Shown here one piece after another: positions 7,791-9,850 of a stretch of DNA of 9,850 nucleotides (position 1 is its first letter; every line of letters starts with the position of its first letter). A program made the position numbers and the translations under genes. The stretch is from Octopus sinensis (taxonomy: Eukaryota). Location of the stretch: the NCBI RefSeq assembly GCF_006345805.1, contig NW_021827747.1, positions 1 to 9,850 on the forward strand. Direction: 5' to 3'. The notes below the pieces were generated by a model. It worked only from the letters and a program-made list of their open reading frames with translations, searched no databases and was not told the origin of the DNA.

Positions 7791-8011
7791 CTAACTGAAC
7801 GTGTATCTCCAAAATCCACCCGGATTAATATTGACTAGGATATCGGTGTGAAATCATCATATGGATCAAGCAATACAAATGCCCGTGTGTAAATTCACAG
7901 ATCTACAGAAATCCACATTTATCACATCTCCCTATTTATTGAGAACTTTTATATTTTCGCACCTAGACCCATACACATACAGATATACACACGCATTTAC
8001 ATATACATGTA

Positions 8012-8576
8012 TTGGGTTGTCTAGAAAGTCCGTGTCGATTTATAATAGCTTACCTTTCGACTTATGTTAGAACATGGTTGAGTCCATAAAATAGGATTTT
8101 ACTACACCACCATTTAGAGCACAGTTTAAGCTATATTTTCGTGGAAGAAGGTTTATGTTCCTATAACCTGTATCAATTCTGTAACCCTTTAAAATGGAAG
8201 ATAAGAAAATTCCTTTTCGGCACTTGATGCTTTGGGAAGCAGACAAAAATTACTGCAGCTCGGCTGGGATGTGTTACCCCACCCTCCATATTCACCAGAT
8301 ATTGCTCCTTTTGATTTCCACTTATTCAGTTCTCTGCAGAATAGTCTTTATGGTAAAAATTTCAATTCCTTGGATGACGTAAAAAGATACCTTGATGAAT
8401 TCTTTGCCACGAAACCCCTCAATTCTGGGAAGTGGGTATTTTCAAGTTAAAGGAAAGATGGAGACGCATTGTGCAACAAAATGTTTCATATTTGGTTGGT
8501 TAAAAATGTAATGGCAAGTATTTATTGACCTTTTTCTTTCCTTTAAAAATTGGTACGAACTTTCCGGACAGCCCAA
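8012..8576 (+). mobile_element. Internally deleted mariner (Tc1/mariner, DD34D-type) DNA transposon, 565 bp
   Basis: TIRs 8012-8041 (TTGGGTTGTCTAGAAAGTCCGTGTCGATTT) and 8547-8576 (reverse complement TTGGGCTGTCCGGAAAGTTCGTACCAATTT) match at 23/30. TA target duplication at 8010-8011 and 8577-8578. Transposase remnants inside. Confidence 0.95.
8194..8503 (+). pseudogene. Mariner transposase pseudogene (N-terminus joined out of frame to C-terminus)
   Basis: 8194-8238 encodes MEDKKIPFRHLMLWE, a mariner-like N-terminus. Another frame gives RQKLLQLGWDVLPHPPYSPDIAPFDFHLFSSLQN, containing the hallmark HPPYSPDLAPSD motif. After a frameshift near 8415 it reads PQFWEVGIFKLKERWRRIVQQNVSYLVG*, with the stop at 8501-8503. 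Confidence 0.95.
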
Positions 8577-8624
8577 TATATAGTATAATAGTTAATTTCT
8601 TATAAAGAAAAAAAAAAACAGGTT

Positions 8625-8800
8625 GTTGTTGTTGAGAGAGAAATACAGAGTGTGTGTCTGTGTGTGTGCGTGTGTGAGTGTGAGTATGAGAGAGAGTGAG
8701 TATTTGTGTGTGTGTGAGAGCGAGTGTTTGTGTGTGTGAGAAAGAGAGAGAGAGAGAGAGAGAGATGTGCGTGTTTGTGTGAGTGTGTGAAAGACAGATA
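8625..8800. repeat. Compound (GT)n/(GA)n microsatellite
   Basis: Directly visible. Confidence 0.9.
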
Positions 8801-9493
8801 AATAGGTAGACGGTTGTCACTATGGTAACTAACGAGATTTTTACTATATTACCGTCTAATATTAAAAGAAGGTACTCTTACGTGCGTGATTAACAAATAT
8901 TTTTACCGCCAGCTTAGCAACGGATAAATACCTAGCATGATAAAATAGTTAACTTATCTATTGAGAGTAGAAAGGCCTCTACTCTTTGGAGCAGGCTGGT
9001 TTCGCACCATCTTTACTCGCTCATTTTCTGCTTTTGAGTTCAGCCTAAGGCATGCATTAGCCACAACGTCCAGACTTCATTCTGAAGAATGTTGGCTCTC
9101 GTCTGGAATTCCTTCTGTCGATTTGCCTTTTGTTCTGTCGATTTGTAACTTAAGCTTTTGCCTGTCCATAGAATTTTCATAAACTTGTCTTAAGCATCCA
9201 TGTTTGTTTTTAGATGTTTTTGTTAGCTCTTGTTTCATATATTTTTAATAATACAAAGCATTCTTTTCATAAGTACCAGGTTACTCTGGTGATTGAAAAA
9301 AATTGGACATATGAATGATATATATTGTGTAATGCACGGACACCAGGGAAATGTGTTCTGTGTATCGCATGTGATACACAGACAGGCGAAGTGTTAAAGA
9401 AGAACGTTAATCGCGTTCATTTAACCGATCGTAAAGCTCCTGAGGAAAGCCATGGACATGCCTCTTTCTTAAGATAGGACGAACAGGAAAAAT

Positions 9494-9543
9494 ATGCACA
9501 AGGCCGGGAATTTCAGCGGTTAGTCGGTCACATCGACGTCAGT
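9494..9543 (-). mobile_element. Short degraded SINE 3'-tail fragment
   Basis: Minus-strand ctgacgtcgatgtgaccgactaa matches the family-1 SINE 3' segment ctgtggtcgattttgtcgactaa (reverse complement of ~3131-3153) at 17/23. It is followed by ggccttgtgc, a tail I recall from a related octopus SINE. Confidence 0.35.
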
Positions 9544-9555
9544 TTAATGAAACAA

Positions 9556-9850
9556 TTGTTTGTTCCTTCTCGAGCCACGCCTGGCTCATAAGGGCCGGTT
9601 TCCCGGTTTCCTTGGCGTATAGGTTCCCCACCTGGACGGACGCCGGTGCATTGCAGGTGAGCTACAAGATGCAGGAGGAAAGAGTGAGAGAAAGTTGTAG
9701 CGAAAAAGTCAGCAGAAGTTCGCTATTACTTTTTGCCGGAGCCGCATGGAGGTTAGGTGTTTCGCTCATAAACACACACATCGCCCGGTCTGAGATTCGA
9801 ACCCGCGATCCCCCAACCGCGAGTCCGCTGCTCTAGCCACTAGGCCATAT
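9556..9850 (-). mobile_element. tRNA-derived SINE (family 2), head at or just beyond the window edge
   Basis: Minus strand has A-box TGGCCTAGTGG (9837-9847) and B-box GGTTCGAATCT (9793-9803). No tRNA acceptor-stem 3' end follows; instead a ~230-bp body continues, ending gaaggaacaaacaa. Confidence 0.88.

Noticed and set aside
9780-9850. Possible tRNA gene (good A and B boxes)
   Set aside because: The anticodon stem pairs poorly, no acceptor stem or poly-T terminator follows the T-arm, and the sequence continues into a SINE body.

Overview
AT-rich eukaryotic non-coding DNA, most likely intronic or intergenic. The repeat families match my recollection of octopus (cephalopod) repeats; this is inference and needs a database check. 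Roughly a third of the window (visual estimate) is microsatellite. The rest holds: five full or partial copies of one tRNA-derived SINE family with a CORE-like motif; a second tRNA-headed SINE at the right edge; a 565-bp internally deleted mariner transposon with TIRs and a TA target duplication; a near-identical ~300-bp direct duplication (2740-3034 / 4525-4861); and a ~600-bp (TA)n-flanked segment carrying a degenerate minimal hammerhead-ribozyme motif of the Penelope-like-element type. No intact host protein-coding gene is supported, since nearly all listed ORFs are microsatellite or SINE read-throughs. The best leads are the hammerhead-bearing insert, the duplication (real or assembly artefact), the inverted SINE pairs and two motif-dense unique islands. 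I found no strong evidence for a wholly new system.
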